Source: a virus. From it: DNA of 64,000 nt. Every line of letters begins with the position of its first letter. Positions within the stretch are counted from its first letter, which is position 1. A program made the translations under genes and the position numbers. Below, in pieces: positions 17,993 through 26,828 of this stretch. The stretch covers positions 5,127 to 69,126 of IMG/VR virus record IMGVR_UViG_3300008120_000440, one strand, 5' to 3'. A model generated the notes under the pieces. The model ran no database searches and was not told the DNA's origin. It saw only the letters and a program-made list of their open reading frames with translations.

Positions 17993-19474
17993 TTAACCGA
18001 TAACTACGACTGTGTATGCGCCAGATGAAGGAGCGGTTGAGAAGGAAACAGTAACCGTATCAACATCTGTTCTTACGGTGTCGGCAATTACTGTGTCGTA
18101 GTTGCTTGAATCGTAAACCTGAATCATCACTTCGCGAGTGTTGAAGGCGTGAACAATCGTGAATGATGTGTCTGCGCCGTTTCCAACTGCTTTTGTAACT
18201 TTGCGAGCAAGTGCTGGCGTGCTTACTCCAGAACCCTGCGTCCCACCAGCAGCAAGGCTTGTGCGTGCCGCAGAAGCAGATGTTGCGTTAGTACCACCAT
18301 TGCCAATTGGGAGGGTCCCAGTGATGGCGGCGGACTGCGAGAGGTTTACGGCTCCAAATTCTGGCGTTCCACCAGAACCAGCCTGAAGAACCTGATACTG
18401 GGTTCCAGCAGCAGTTACCTGAATTGCGCTTGTGGAGTTTCCAAAAAGGATTCCGTTGCTCGTAAAGGATGTAGCGCCAGTACCGCCCTTGTTGACAGCA
18501 ATGGTGGTTGCCGACCATGTACCAGTGGTAACGGTTCCAAGCGTGATAATTGATGTTTGACCAGCATAGGTTGATGCAATATCAACTGTGTCGGCGTTTA
18601 CCGTGATGCGGTCGGCAGTGCCACCAACATTAAGTGTGTTTCCATCTTTGGATAGACCAGTACCAGCAACGATTGAACCAGCACCAGAGAACTGAACCCA
18701 GTTCATGGCATCGGTTCCTACGGTGATTGAACCGTTTGTGGAAACAACCCAACCGCTGTCTGCGTTTACGCTTCCTTCTTCAACAAATGTAAATGTTCCG
18801 CCAGAAACCGTTCCAGTGTCAGCAGTGCCGTTTGCATCTGTTGCACGAACTGGTGCTCCAGTGTTCTGAACAACATAGATACCGTTTTCCGATGCGGTGC
18901 TCTGGTTCTTAACAAGAACGCGGTCGCCAGCAGCAAGTGTTACTGTCGTATCAAGCGTATCTCCAGCCTCAAGCCCTGTTGCAATAGTGATTGGACCAGT
19001 CGTGGCAGCACGAACTGATTGCTTTACATCAAGACCCTGGCGGGCTGCGTCAACATAGCCCTTGGTTGCAATATGCGCTGCGTCTGTTGGGGTTGCGACT
19101 TTGGCGTTGCCGTTTGCGTCTCTTTTGACTAATTTGCTTGCAGTTGCATCCGATGTTGCATCATTAAGCATGTTCCAGAAAGTGCTGGAGAGCAAACCAG
19201 CGCTGTCCGTATCGGCAAGATTCAGGGTCAGCGTTACCGTTCCATTGGACTCGGTGATGGTGAGGGCATCTGTATGCGAGCCACCTGCGGAAAGCGTGTG
19301 TGGCAATGACTTCCATGCACTACCCGTGTAGACCTTGATGGTGTCCGTGGCCGTGTTATAAATCATCCGACCTTCAAAGTTGCCACTTGACGGGTCGGTC
19401 GGAACCTTTTCAAAAGTTACATTGAGAAGTTGATTTTGATTGATATCAAGATTTGTAACAAATTTCATTGCCAT
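17993..19474 (-). CDS. Tail fibre protein
   Basis: ATKGYVDAARQGLDVKQSVRAATT, DRVLVKNQSTASENGIY, GGTGAT repeats. Confidence 0.82.
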   Translation of the reverse strand: MAMKFVTNLDINQNQLLNVTFEKVPTDPSSGNFEGRMIYNTATDTIKVYTGSAWKSLPHTLSAGGSHTDALTITESNGTVTLTLNLADTDSAGLLSSTFWNMLNDATSDATASKLVKRDANGNAKVATPTDAAHIATKGYVDAARQGLDVKQSVRAATTGPITIATGLEAGDTLDTTVTLAAGDRVLVKNQSTASENGIYVVQNTGAPVRATDANGTADTGTVSGGTFTFVEEGSVNADSGWVVSTNGSITVGTDAMNWVQFSGAGSIVAGTGLSKDGNTLNVGGTADRITVNADTVDIASTYAGQTSIITLGTVTTGTWSATTIAVNKGGTGATSFTSNGILFGNSTSAIQVTAAGTQYQVLQAGSGGTPEFGAVNLSQSAAITGTLPIGNGGTNATSASAARTSLAAGGTQGSGVSTPALARKVTKAVGNGADTSFTIVHAFNTREVMIQVYDSSNYDTVIADTVRTDVDTVTVSFSTAPSSGAYTVVVIG

Positions 19475-19483
19475 AAGTAATCC

Positions 19484-19795
19484 TTAAGTGAGGTAGGCAT
19501 ATCCAGAGAACGCAGAACTAAAGTTTACTACAATTTGCGTGTTGCTTACATATGAAATGTCGCCGACAACAACGCTTTTTGCTGAATCAACGACCATTAC
19601 AGACGGATACCCACCAAGCGTGTGATTGATTGTCCAGACCTGCGAAGCAGATGCCTGGGTGTGGACATGTCGCCGTACTGTCGCGGAACCAACCGTAGAG
19701 ATAGTGATTAAACTTGGGACCTCTTCGTCAATGTTTACATCTATAACTGGTTCTTGAACGATTACCTGATTTGGAACGGAGTTTGTAACTGTCAT
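19484..19795 (-). CDS. Small tail/fibre-associated structural protein
   Basis: HTQASASQVWTINHTLGGYPSV...FSSAFSGYAYL; ATGA overlap with upstream gene. Confidence 0.7.
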   Translation of the reverse strand: MTVTNSVPNQVIVQEPVIDVNIDEEVPSLITISTVGSATVRRHVHTQASASQVWTINHTLGGYPSVMVVDSAKSVVVGDISYVSNTQIVVNFSSAFSGYAYLT

Positions 19796-20166
19796 CGCGT
19801 GACCTCTGGCGATAGGCGCCACTCACCCTGTAGCACGCGGCTCACAACACCAGCGTCAGAAATAATTTCAAGGTCATATACCCCAGAACTTGTCAGCAGG
19901 GCGGTGTCTTCGGCAGCAATAGTGATTTCAATTGTTCCGTCTTCTCCGCCGAGGACGATACTTCCGTCATCTGTTGACAATGAAACTAGTGCTGACGAGG
20001 AGTCAACGGTTCGGCGCACCTGCATTCGGGCTTCGTAGCCAGTGAGGTCGTAAAGGAGATAAGTAGGGTCAGACGGTGGAGAGTTGGGGTCTGGGTACTT
20101 CATAGTTATGAAGCGCGTGAATGTAGCCCCCTGCTGACAAGTTATGTTGTAAGTTCCTGCAAGCAT
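19792..20166 (-). CDS. BppU/LtfC-like baseplate-fibre adaptor domain protein
   Basis: YNITCQQGATF, DLTGYEARMQVR, GTIEITI, GVYDLEI. Confidence 0.65.
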   Translation of the reverse strand: MLAGTYNITCQQGATFTRFITMKYPDPNSPPSDPTYLLYDLTGYEARMQVRRTVDSSSALVSLSTDDGSIVLGGEDGTIEITIAAEDTALLTSSGVYDLEIISDAGVVSRVLQGEWRLSPEVTR

Positions 20167-20211
20167 AGATGCGCGCTCCTAAATATCCAGCGCCCTAATT
20201 GTAAGCCAATA

Positions 20212-20227
20212 CTGCCATTGCTGGCAG
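20212..20227 (-). terminator. Short GNRA hairpin downstream of holin
   Basis: CTGCCA-GCAA-TGGCAG on minus strand; weak U tail. Confidence 0.3.
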
Positions 20228-20236
20228 GAGGAATGA

Positions 20237-20452
20237 CTACAAGACGCTTGAGGAATCCTTGTTTGGTCCAACTTTCTTCAATCCCATGCTCATTGCAATT
20301 GATGCCGCAAGAGCGACAACTCCAACCTTGAGGGTTGCGGTGTCAACTAATGAGTCAAAATCTGACCCTGCAGCAATCCATGCTCCGAGATAGGCGGTGA
20401 TGAATGTTTTTGCAGCCTGTTCAACTGCATCTTTAACGAATTTAGTGCTCAT
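20237..20452 (-). CDS. Holin (r1t-like, actinophage type)
   Basis: 71 aa, two hydrophobic segments, DAVEQAAKTF motif. Confidence 0.75.
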   Translation of the reverse strand: MSTKFVKDAVEQAAKTFITAYLGAWIAAGSDFDSLVDTATLKVGVVALAASIAMSMGLKKVGPNKDSSSVL

Positions 20453-20485
20453 AATTGCTCCTTATCGCCAGTACCAATTTTACCA

Positions 20486-21748
20486 CTAAGCAAGTACCGC
20501 TGTATCAAGAACACCAGCACTCAGGCTTCCAAGGAGGAATACTGGAGCAAACTCGCTTGAACCAAGAACCGCTTCATCAAGGATTCCGTAGTCTGGGTCA
20601 TCAAGAAGTAGTGGGAGTTCGTCAAACACTTCGTGATGCAGTTCAAAGCCAAGCGGACGAGTCAAATTGGCGATTGCCAGAACTTCATCACTTGTATCGC
20701 CAACGGCTGCTACTCCAGGGGTTTCGCTTGTGAGGGTGTAGATATTTATCACGAACGAGGTTCCACCTGGGATTATGTATACGACCTTGTTCCCAGTGAG
20801 AATTTGTTTTACAGTTTCGCGAATCGCTTTAGTCGTGCCCGCCTCGCGGCCGAAGTATGCAGTATTTAGTTGCCATGTAGCAAAAGCATCTGGGTCGTCA
20901 ATTAGTTCTACGCCATCAACGGTGATACTTCTAATGATTTTTGCTCCAATAAACTGAGCAAGCCACTTCTCGTAGTCCTGATGAACATAGTCTGCATCAA
21001 CCAATATGCTGTTTGCCCACACTGGGTCGGTTCCAAATTTTGCGGAGATTTCAGATTTGCTAAATCTGTAAAAATTTGACGACATCTGGCTGGCTATCCC
21101 AGCGTAATATGTCAAAGCGTGCATTAACTTGTAAAAAGGATATTGTGGATATGTCTGCTCTTTGTCTTTATCCCACATGAATGTAGGTAAGTTACGCCGC
21201 CCGTTCTGAACAAACGGGTTGTTATAGAAAGAAACATCGTCAACAAGCGTTGGCAGCGTCATATGTATTTTGGAGCCGCTGTGCCCAAGAATTCTGATGT
21301 GAACAGAAAATTCTGCAGGGTCGTTTTCTGATACCCGTAATTGTCCAGACCAGCCAGTTGACCAGTTTCCAGCGAATGTTGAGTTTGAATGAATAACTTC
21401 ATCACCGTGCTCGTCAATAAGCGTTGTTTCAATTGTCAAAATTCTTGAACACTTAAACCGAGCGTGAAATTGAATCAATGAGTCTTGAACGGTCGTAGAG
21501 TCAACTGAAAAATGATTCAATTGAATTTCTACTGGCTCATTTTCATCAATTGGGAGTATTTCAAACGAATACTGAAGTGGGTGAATATATGTTTCAGCCA
21601 CAACCGTTTCTTGGGCATTGGTGAACTCCCAGTCATGAACATACCCAGTCGGGCTCTTCGTTTCAACGATAGAGCCAGATGAGACAATTCGTGATTCCAG
21701 CCTATTTTGTGGCGAAATCAGATTGGTGGTCAATTCACTGTATGCCAT
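20486..21748 (-). CDS. Baseplate wedge protein (P2 gpI-like C-terminal part)
   Basis: WLAQFIG, GTTKAIRE, RPLGFEL; follows baseplate J. Confidence 0.65.
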   Translation of the reverse strand: MAYSELTTNLISPQNRLESRIVSSGSIVETKSPTGYVHDWEFTNAQETVVAETYIHPLQYSFEILPIDENEPVEIQLNHFSVDSTTVQDSLIQFHARFKCSRILTIETTLIDEHGDEVIHSNSTFAGNWSTGWSGQLRVSENDPAEFSVHIRILGHSGSKIHMTLPTLVDDVSFYNNPFVQNGRRNLPTFMWDKDKEQTYPQYPFYKLMHALTYYAGIASQMSSNFYRFSKSEISAKFGTDPVWANSILVDADYVHQDYEKWLAQFIGAKIIRSITVDGVELIDDPDAFATWQLNTAYFGREAGTTKAIRETVKQILTGNKVVYIIPGGTSFVINIYTLTSETPGVAAVGDTSDEVLAIANLTRPLGFELHHEVFDELPLLLDDPDYGILDEAVLGSSEFAPVFLLGSLSAGVLDTAVLA

Positions 21749-21749
21749 G

Positions 21750-23180
21750 TTAATTTGTATAGGCCTCAAGTGTTAGAAGAATGTTTCCTTCGGTCAACTG
21801 CAGCAAACTTCCTTTTTTGTCGTAAAGAAGGTCGTTGCCATCCGCACCACTCCAACCAGAGTATGTAACAGTTGCTGTTCCACCAGACGAGTATGAACCA
21901 CTTGCCCCACCAGATGCCCCAACCGTAAATGTTGTGGCGTTCCGTGCGGTAATTATTTTGTTTGCAATGTTCAAACCAGATGGTGTAATCCCAGTTACGG
22001 TAACTGTCTGCCCAACGCTGAAATTATTATTTGCAGTGTATGTTACGGATGGTCCGCTCACGCTTGCCCCAGTAATTGTTGCCGTTCTTGTATAGCCAAT
22101 AGACAGAGCGGTTACATGGATTACTTGAGAGTTGAGTTGAATTGCATTCAAAACAGTGTTATAGCGCAGTCTTTCTTCCACATACTGAGAGTTAAGCGGG
22201 TTGAACAACTCAATCAGGTTGCCAGTAATTTGGCTTGACAATGCTGCCGATGTGACTGATGAGTCATACAGGACGGTTGCATTGACAAAGAAATTAAGCA
22301 ATGGTGGGTCAAGCACATCCAATGTTATTCCAGCAACCGACCTTGCAACTGCGTCATTTTTTATTTCGGTCTTTTCTGCTGTTGTCAACAATCTGTTTGG
22401 ACCGTATGCGTAAATTGTCGCATACCCAGGCTCATCGGTTTCGTCTACATCAAGAGTTCCACCTGGGTCAGTCAAATCATAGACTTTTGCTCGCGTAATC
22501 AAGTCTGGGTAAGCAGAAACTAAAAAACTTTGTAATTGATTTTTTGTCGTATTTGCTGAAGATAGAGATTGAATATATGTAACTGCGCGAGATAGGAAGT
22601 CGTTAGTTGACTCCATGCTTGTTCCGTTTGCAAAATCGCCGCTGCATTTTGCTGAATAGATTGATTGGTCATAAGACAAAACAACTAATTCATCATCGGT
22701 ATTTATATCTGGGACAAGACCAATCGTTACTGATGTGCAGGACACAGTTCCGCTTGGAAGAGGGTCATTAATTCCGACAGCGTCAATCACCAGTATTTCA
22801 TCCGTATAGTAGAGGTACTGAACGACTTGGTCGTTTTGCACTACTTCGTACGCAAGGATGGTCCCAGCAGGGATGGTTGTTCCGCTTGTTGAAATGGCAG
22901 TGATTTGTGCGGTAAGCGTGGCTCTCGTTCCTTCGTGCACTGGGGCACCAATCATCTTGGTAATGCCCATCATGAGAGAGTTGGGGATTCTGTTTATGGC
23001 GCCAACATTCAGTGCCGTCATATACGAAATTGCTTGGAACATCGCATCTTCTGGGGTGCCAACTCTTAAAGAAAAATCTGGAAGAACGGTGCGCGCTACT
23101 GCGATTGAGTCCAAATAGATATCAGCAGGCTGGACATCAAGTGGCCGCAAGTCAATAAATTGGGTAAAATCAATTGGCAT
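21750..23180 (-). CDS. Baseplate J-like protein
   Basis: GTTIPAGT, GTSMESTNDFLSR; position after gp25-like gene. Confidence 0.8.
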   Translation of the reverse strand: MPIDFTQFIDLRPLDVQPADIYLDSIAVARTVLPDFSLRVGTPEDAMFQAISYMTALNVGAINRIPNSLMMGITKMIGAPVHEGTRATLTAQITAISTSGTTIPAGTILAYEVVQNDQVVQYLYYTDEILVIDAVGINDPLPSGTVSCTSVTIGLVPDINTDDELVVLSYDQSIYSAKCSGDFANGTSMESTNDFLSRAVTYIQSLSSANTTKNQLQSFLVSAYPDLITRAKVYDLTDPGGTLDVDETDEPGYATIYAYGPNRLLTTAEKTEIKNDAVARSVAGITLDVLDPPLLNFFVNATVLYDSSVTSAALSSQITGNLIELFNPLNSQYVEERLRYNTVLNAIQLNSQVIHVTALSIGYTRTATITGASVSGPSVTYTANNNFSVGQTVTVTGITPSGLNIANKIITARNATTFTVGASGGASGSYSSGGTATVTYSGWSGADGNDLLYDKKGSLLQLTEGNILLTLEAYTN

Positions 23181-23188
23181 TTGTTTTC

Positions 23189-23485
23189 CTACCTGTTGTA
23201 AACGAATTTGACAGAAATTGTTCCGTCATTTGAACTTATAGTTCCACCGAGCGACTGGATTTGAACTTCTGGAATAAATTTTGAAGCGGATAAAGCAAGT
23301 TTTTCTGGAGACACTCTAGAAAAGGTTGGGTCATATACACCGAAATCTGGAGTCAACGGCAGAGACGCTGGTTCAGTAAGAATGCAGAAACTTATTAACT
23401 GCTTGAAAAATCCATCTGAGTTTTCGCGCAGTTTTGACATGCTTCCGTCATTGTCAAAAGATAAAGGAAATTTTAATATGTCCAT
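23189..23485 (-). CDS. gp25/gpW-like baseplate wedge subunit
   Basis: LKFPLSF, LTEP..LPLTPDFGV.DP. Confidence 0.7.
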   Translation of the reverse strand: MDILKFPLSFDNDGSMSKLRENSDGFFKQLISFCILTEPASLPLTPDFGVYDPTFSRVSPEKLALSASKFIPEVQIQSLGGTISSNDGTISVKFVYNR

Positions 23486-23515
23486 AAATTCACCAAACCA
23501 ATTATCCCACAGCCC

Positions 23516-23845
23516 TTATGGCGTCTCTAGCGCTTGAACGCGAAGTTCAAGTGCGTCAAAGTCTGCCTGACTAACAAAAACATCTTGCTTCTTGGAGACT
23601 GCGCCGATAATGAATATTCTTTCAGTTGAATTGTCTACAAATGTGCACAAAACCTCATCGCCAGCAGATAGTGCATATGTTTCCGTTCGCCCAACAAACT
23701 GGACATCTTTATAGACAATATTTCCAAGCGCGCTGACCTTGATTGATGGCAGGCCGCTTGATGCGGAAACAACCGTTCCGACAAATATGCCATTTAAGTT
23801 TGCTGCGTATGAAACCGCTCTACCACGGTGAATATCATTTTGCAT
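23516..23845 (-). CDS. Baseplate spike (gpV-like OB fold), short
   Basis: GIFVGTVV, AGDEVLCTF...IFIIG; synteny. Confidence 0.6.
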   Translation of the reverse strand: MQNDIHRGRAVSYAANLNGIFVGTVVSASSGLPSIKVSALGNIVYKDVQFVGRTETYALSAGDEVLCTFVDNSTERIFIIGAVSKKQDVFVSQADFDALELRVQALETP

Positions 23846-23856
23846 ATTTTCTCCAG

Positions 23857-25074
23857 TTACTGCCTAGTGGTATTTTGCTGTTGTGAACCAGGGGTATTAA
23901 ATGTGCCAGAAAGCGAAATGTTGTTGAATGACGCTGGGAACTCAATTGCCCCTGGATATATTACACCAACATCAATTTGCTTAATCTGCTTGATTTCCTT
24001 ATCGGTCAATTCTGGCGTTCTAAATTGGACGCTGACTGGGTCAGGACTCATCTCCTCATAGTCAACCGATGTTATTAGGTAGTTACCGTTGAGGAATGGG
24101 ACATTGCCTACAAAAGCGGTCATTCCAGGCCTTAGTCTTACCCCATTGGTTCTCTCAACAATGCACGACCCGTCTGTTTCGTGCGGGTCGTTTTCGGATT
24201 TGTGCATAGTTGGGAGTTGCAACAACTTAAATGTGTCGTAATACCCACCAGTCTCGTTGTTGACTGTTTGCGGATATGTCAAATATGAATGGTATCTAGT
24301 TTCGTCAACATTCATTCTTTTTTTAGGTAGCCATTTTTGAACCGTGTACTCCTCCAGCCCCCATTTATGCAGCAACCATTTTTGGCTCCCAAAATACAAA
24401 GTTCCGTCCGCTTCAAATACAACGAACTTGTTTTCACCAGCGATTCTTTTAATAACATCCCAAACTGAATCTGCCTGCTTATCTCCAGATGCGGTTGTAA
24501 TGTTCGCCGTTTTTGTAGTCTGCTGTCCGACAAAATCCAGACCGTATTTTCGTGCTGCATTTTCAACAAATGAACTACTTTTACCAGTTATAACTCCTGG
24601 CTTCCTATCACGCTTCATCTGTTGTATTGCTTTGGTGTAAGCCTGAATCCTAACTACAGGAGATGCTCCATTTGATTGCTCATATGTGACATCAGCAATT
24701 TCAAATGGATACCCCCAGTATTGAGGTGCTGCGCCAATTGATGCTCTATTCATATCCCGTATGTTTTGACTTTTATAAATTACAGTTTGACCCACTTGAA
24801 AATAATTTCTTTGAGCCATTTCAAATCCTGGGTCAACGACATCAAATGTTAAAGCAGACGCACTATCAAGTGTAAAACTCACCTTTAATGACAGAATGTT
24901 GTTATGTAGGGTTGTTATAAATGATTTTTCTGGGTAAATAAAAATCAATGGAACAAGTCGTTCAGAGCCTTGCAACTCGTATCTTGGTTCGTTCGCAAGC
25001 AGGTCCTCGTAGGATAACTGGGCGTTATCGTTTGCCTCAATTGAAATGCTTGAATTAGATGGACCCGATGGCAT
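23857..25074 (-). CDS. Baseplate hub (gpD/late control D-like)
   Basis: SALTFDVVDP, SVWDVIKRIA...FEADGTLYF, LRPGMT...NGNYLITSV. Confidence 0.72.
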   Translation of the reverse strand: MPSGPSNSSISIEANDNAQLSYEDLLANEPRYELQGSERLVPLIFIYPEKSFITTLHNNILSLKVSFTLDSASALTFDVVDPGFEMAQRNYFQVGQTVIYKSQNIRDMNRASIGAAPQYWGYPFEIADVTYEQSNGASPVVRIQAYTKAIQQMKRDRKPGVITGKSSSFVENAARKYGLDFVGQQTTKTANITTASGDKQADSVWDVIKRIAGENKFVVFEADGTLYFGSQKWLLHKWGLEEYTVQKWLPKKRMNVDETRYHSYLTYPQTVNNETGGYYDTFKLLQLPTMHKSENDPHETDGSCIVERTNGVRLRPGMTAFVGNVPFLNGNYLITSVDYEEMSPDPVSVQFRTPELTDKEIKQIKQIDVGVIYPGAIEFPASFNNISLSGTFNTPGSQQQNTTRQ

Positions 25075-25077
25075 AAA

Positions 25078-26826
25078 TTATGGCTCCACTACTGGTTCTG
25101 TCGGAGGTGGATTTTTCCATTTTTCGTCAATAAAGCCAGTTGAAAGATTTTCGCTAATTAGCGCCTGACTCGGTTCTGTCGTGACAGATGGTTGTCCAGG
25201 AATATTCGGAGGCGTGTGAACGAGCCTCGGCATGGATATCAAATCTTGTTTTTCCATCGGGAATTCCTGCAATGTTATATTCGCCTGAGCCCTGGTTATT
25301 TGCATCAAAGAATTTCTTCTCTGCGCAGTTATTGATAAATCTGTTATTACGAATTGAACTCCACGAGGAGTGTTCCCAGTGTCATACCTAAACTGAGAAG
25401 TGAACATGTCGTCAAAATTATAAAAAGTGACTGGGTATGGTGTTTGCGCAATTCGTCGCAGAGTTTCAATTTTCTTTTCCACATGAGTCAATAAGCCATC
25501 ATCTTCATTTGCTATTACAAAAGAAAAAGAAAGTGTTAATAATTGGAATTTTTTCCAGTCAACAAATGAAAATCCACCATTCCTATCAACGCTTACCCAT
25601 TCTCCGCCGAGACCAGCGTATTGAACTTCGTTTGGTTTTTGGTCAAATACAAACCTGTTATATCTGTAGTTTGTTGCGCCAGTGGTTGACGCTGTTGCGT
25701 AAATTTGAAACATTTGTGGCTCAAGCATGAAGTCAGATGCGTCATCTGCCTGCTTGTAAATCAAGTCTGATGTTGCGTTATCTGCAAATATGTTGCGGCT
25801 TCTTTGAATCTGTATGCTTGAAACAACACCAGGAGTGTATTCAAATAGGCCGTTGTCAACAATACCCCTGTTGCCACCTGTTCCGCCGCCACCGCCACGG
25901 CCACCAGAGCCTGCTCCGCCAGCACCAGCGCCTACTCCGCCAGCACCGCTATTTGCATCACCACCAGGGGATTGAAGCGCAGCGGCGGACCCCTGATTGC
26001 GGAAAATATTTATTTGCGCTTGGGTGTATCCCGAGTCAAGCAATTCGCGTCTAATGGCATCGTCACTTAAACCACGGTTTTTATACATTTTCCAGAGTCC
26101 AATGCTGCCTCCGCCATATCCGCCGTTTCCAGCAGAATAAAAAGCGGTTCCAGTTGTTCCAGATATTGATGTAATTGCTTCTCTATTCAATTCATCTTCA
26201 TGCATGAAGTAAGTTGTATAGAGGCTGATTAATTGGTCTCGCGTTACAATTTTGGTTCTAAAACTATTTTTGTATGCTGGCGATTGAAAGTATAATTGCA
26301 AGCCAGAATCTCGTTGTTCGTTGTCAACCCCACTGGCAAGCCAAGCATTAAACCTATTGAGCAAATCTTGCAAAGATATATTTACAAGTTTTTCTGAACC
26401 AAGTTGCAATGTGGTGTACTGAGTTGCAAGTGGGCCAGCCTTAATTAGCCCCCGCGCTTTTAGTTTCGCAGGACTTGTTGTCGTAAAATCTTGTTGATAC
26501 CTAAAGCCGCCGTTGTATATTAATTTGCCGCTACTGTCTTGTTTCCCAGTTGATACAACGCCACTGGCGGAATCGCTACCAAATGTTCGTTTTTCAACAA
26601 TTGCACATTTTGGCTCAGCCGTTTCCGTATTGATTGCTTCTGCTAATAGGACTTTGTTTTTGATTCCTATCACATAGTACGAACCATCCAGTTCGCCTTC
26701 TTTTTTAAATGTCTTTGGGTTATCGCCATAAATTGCTTTATTTTCTGGATTGAAATTTGTAACGATATAGTCTGTCTCAAAATATTTAACTCCACCAACG
26801 GATAGGGTTTGGCCCTGGTACGCCAT
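25078..26826 (-). CDS. Tail tube initiator / baseplate protein with long N-terminal extension
   Basis: C-terminal FDQKPNEVQY...ITDLSITAQRR...ANITLQE; follows tape measure. Confidence 0.55.
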   Translation of the reverse strand: MAYQGQTLSVGGVKYFETDYIVTNFNPENKAIYGDNPKTFKKEGELDGSYYVIGIKNKVLLAEAINTETAEPKCAIVEKRTFGSDSASGVVSTGKQDSSGKLIYNGGFRYQQDFTTTSPAKLKARGLIKAGPLATQYTTLQLGSEKLVNISLQDLLNRFNAWLASGVDNEQRDSGLQLYFQSPAYKNSFRTKIVTRDQLISLYTTYFMHEDELNREAITSISGTTGTAFYSAGNGGYGGGSIGLWKMYKNRGLSDDAIRRELLDSGYTQAQINIFRNQGSAAALQSPGGDANSGAGGVGAGAGGAGSGGRGGGGGTGGNRGIVDNGLFEYTPGVVSSIQIQRSRNIFADNATSDLIYKQADDASDFMLEPQMFQIYATASTTGATNYRYNRFVFDQKPNEVQYAGLGGEWVSVDRNGGFSFVDWKKFQLLTLSFSFVIANEDDGLLTHVEKKIETLRRIAQTPYPVTFYNFDDMFTSQFRYDTGNTPRGVQFVITDLSITAQRRNSLMQITRAQANITLQEFPMEKQDLISMPRLVHTPPNIPGQPSVTTEPSQALISENLSTGFIDEKWKNPPPTEPVVEP

Positions 26827-26828
26827 TG

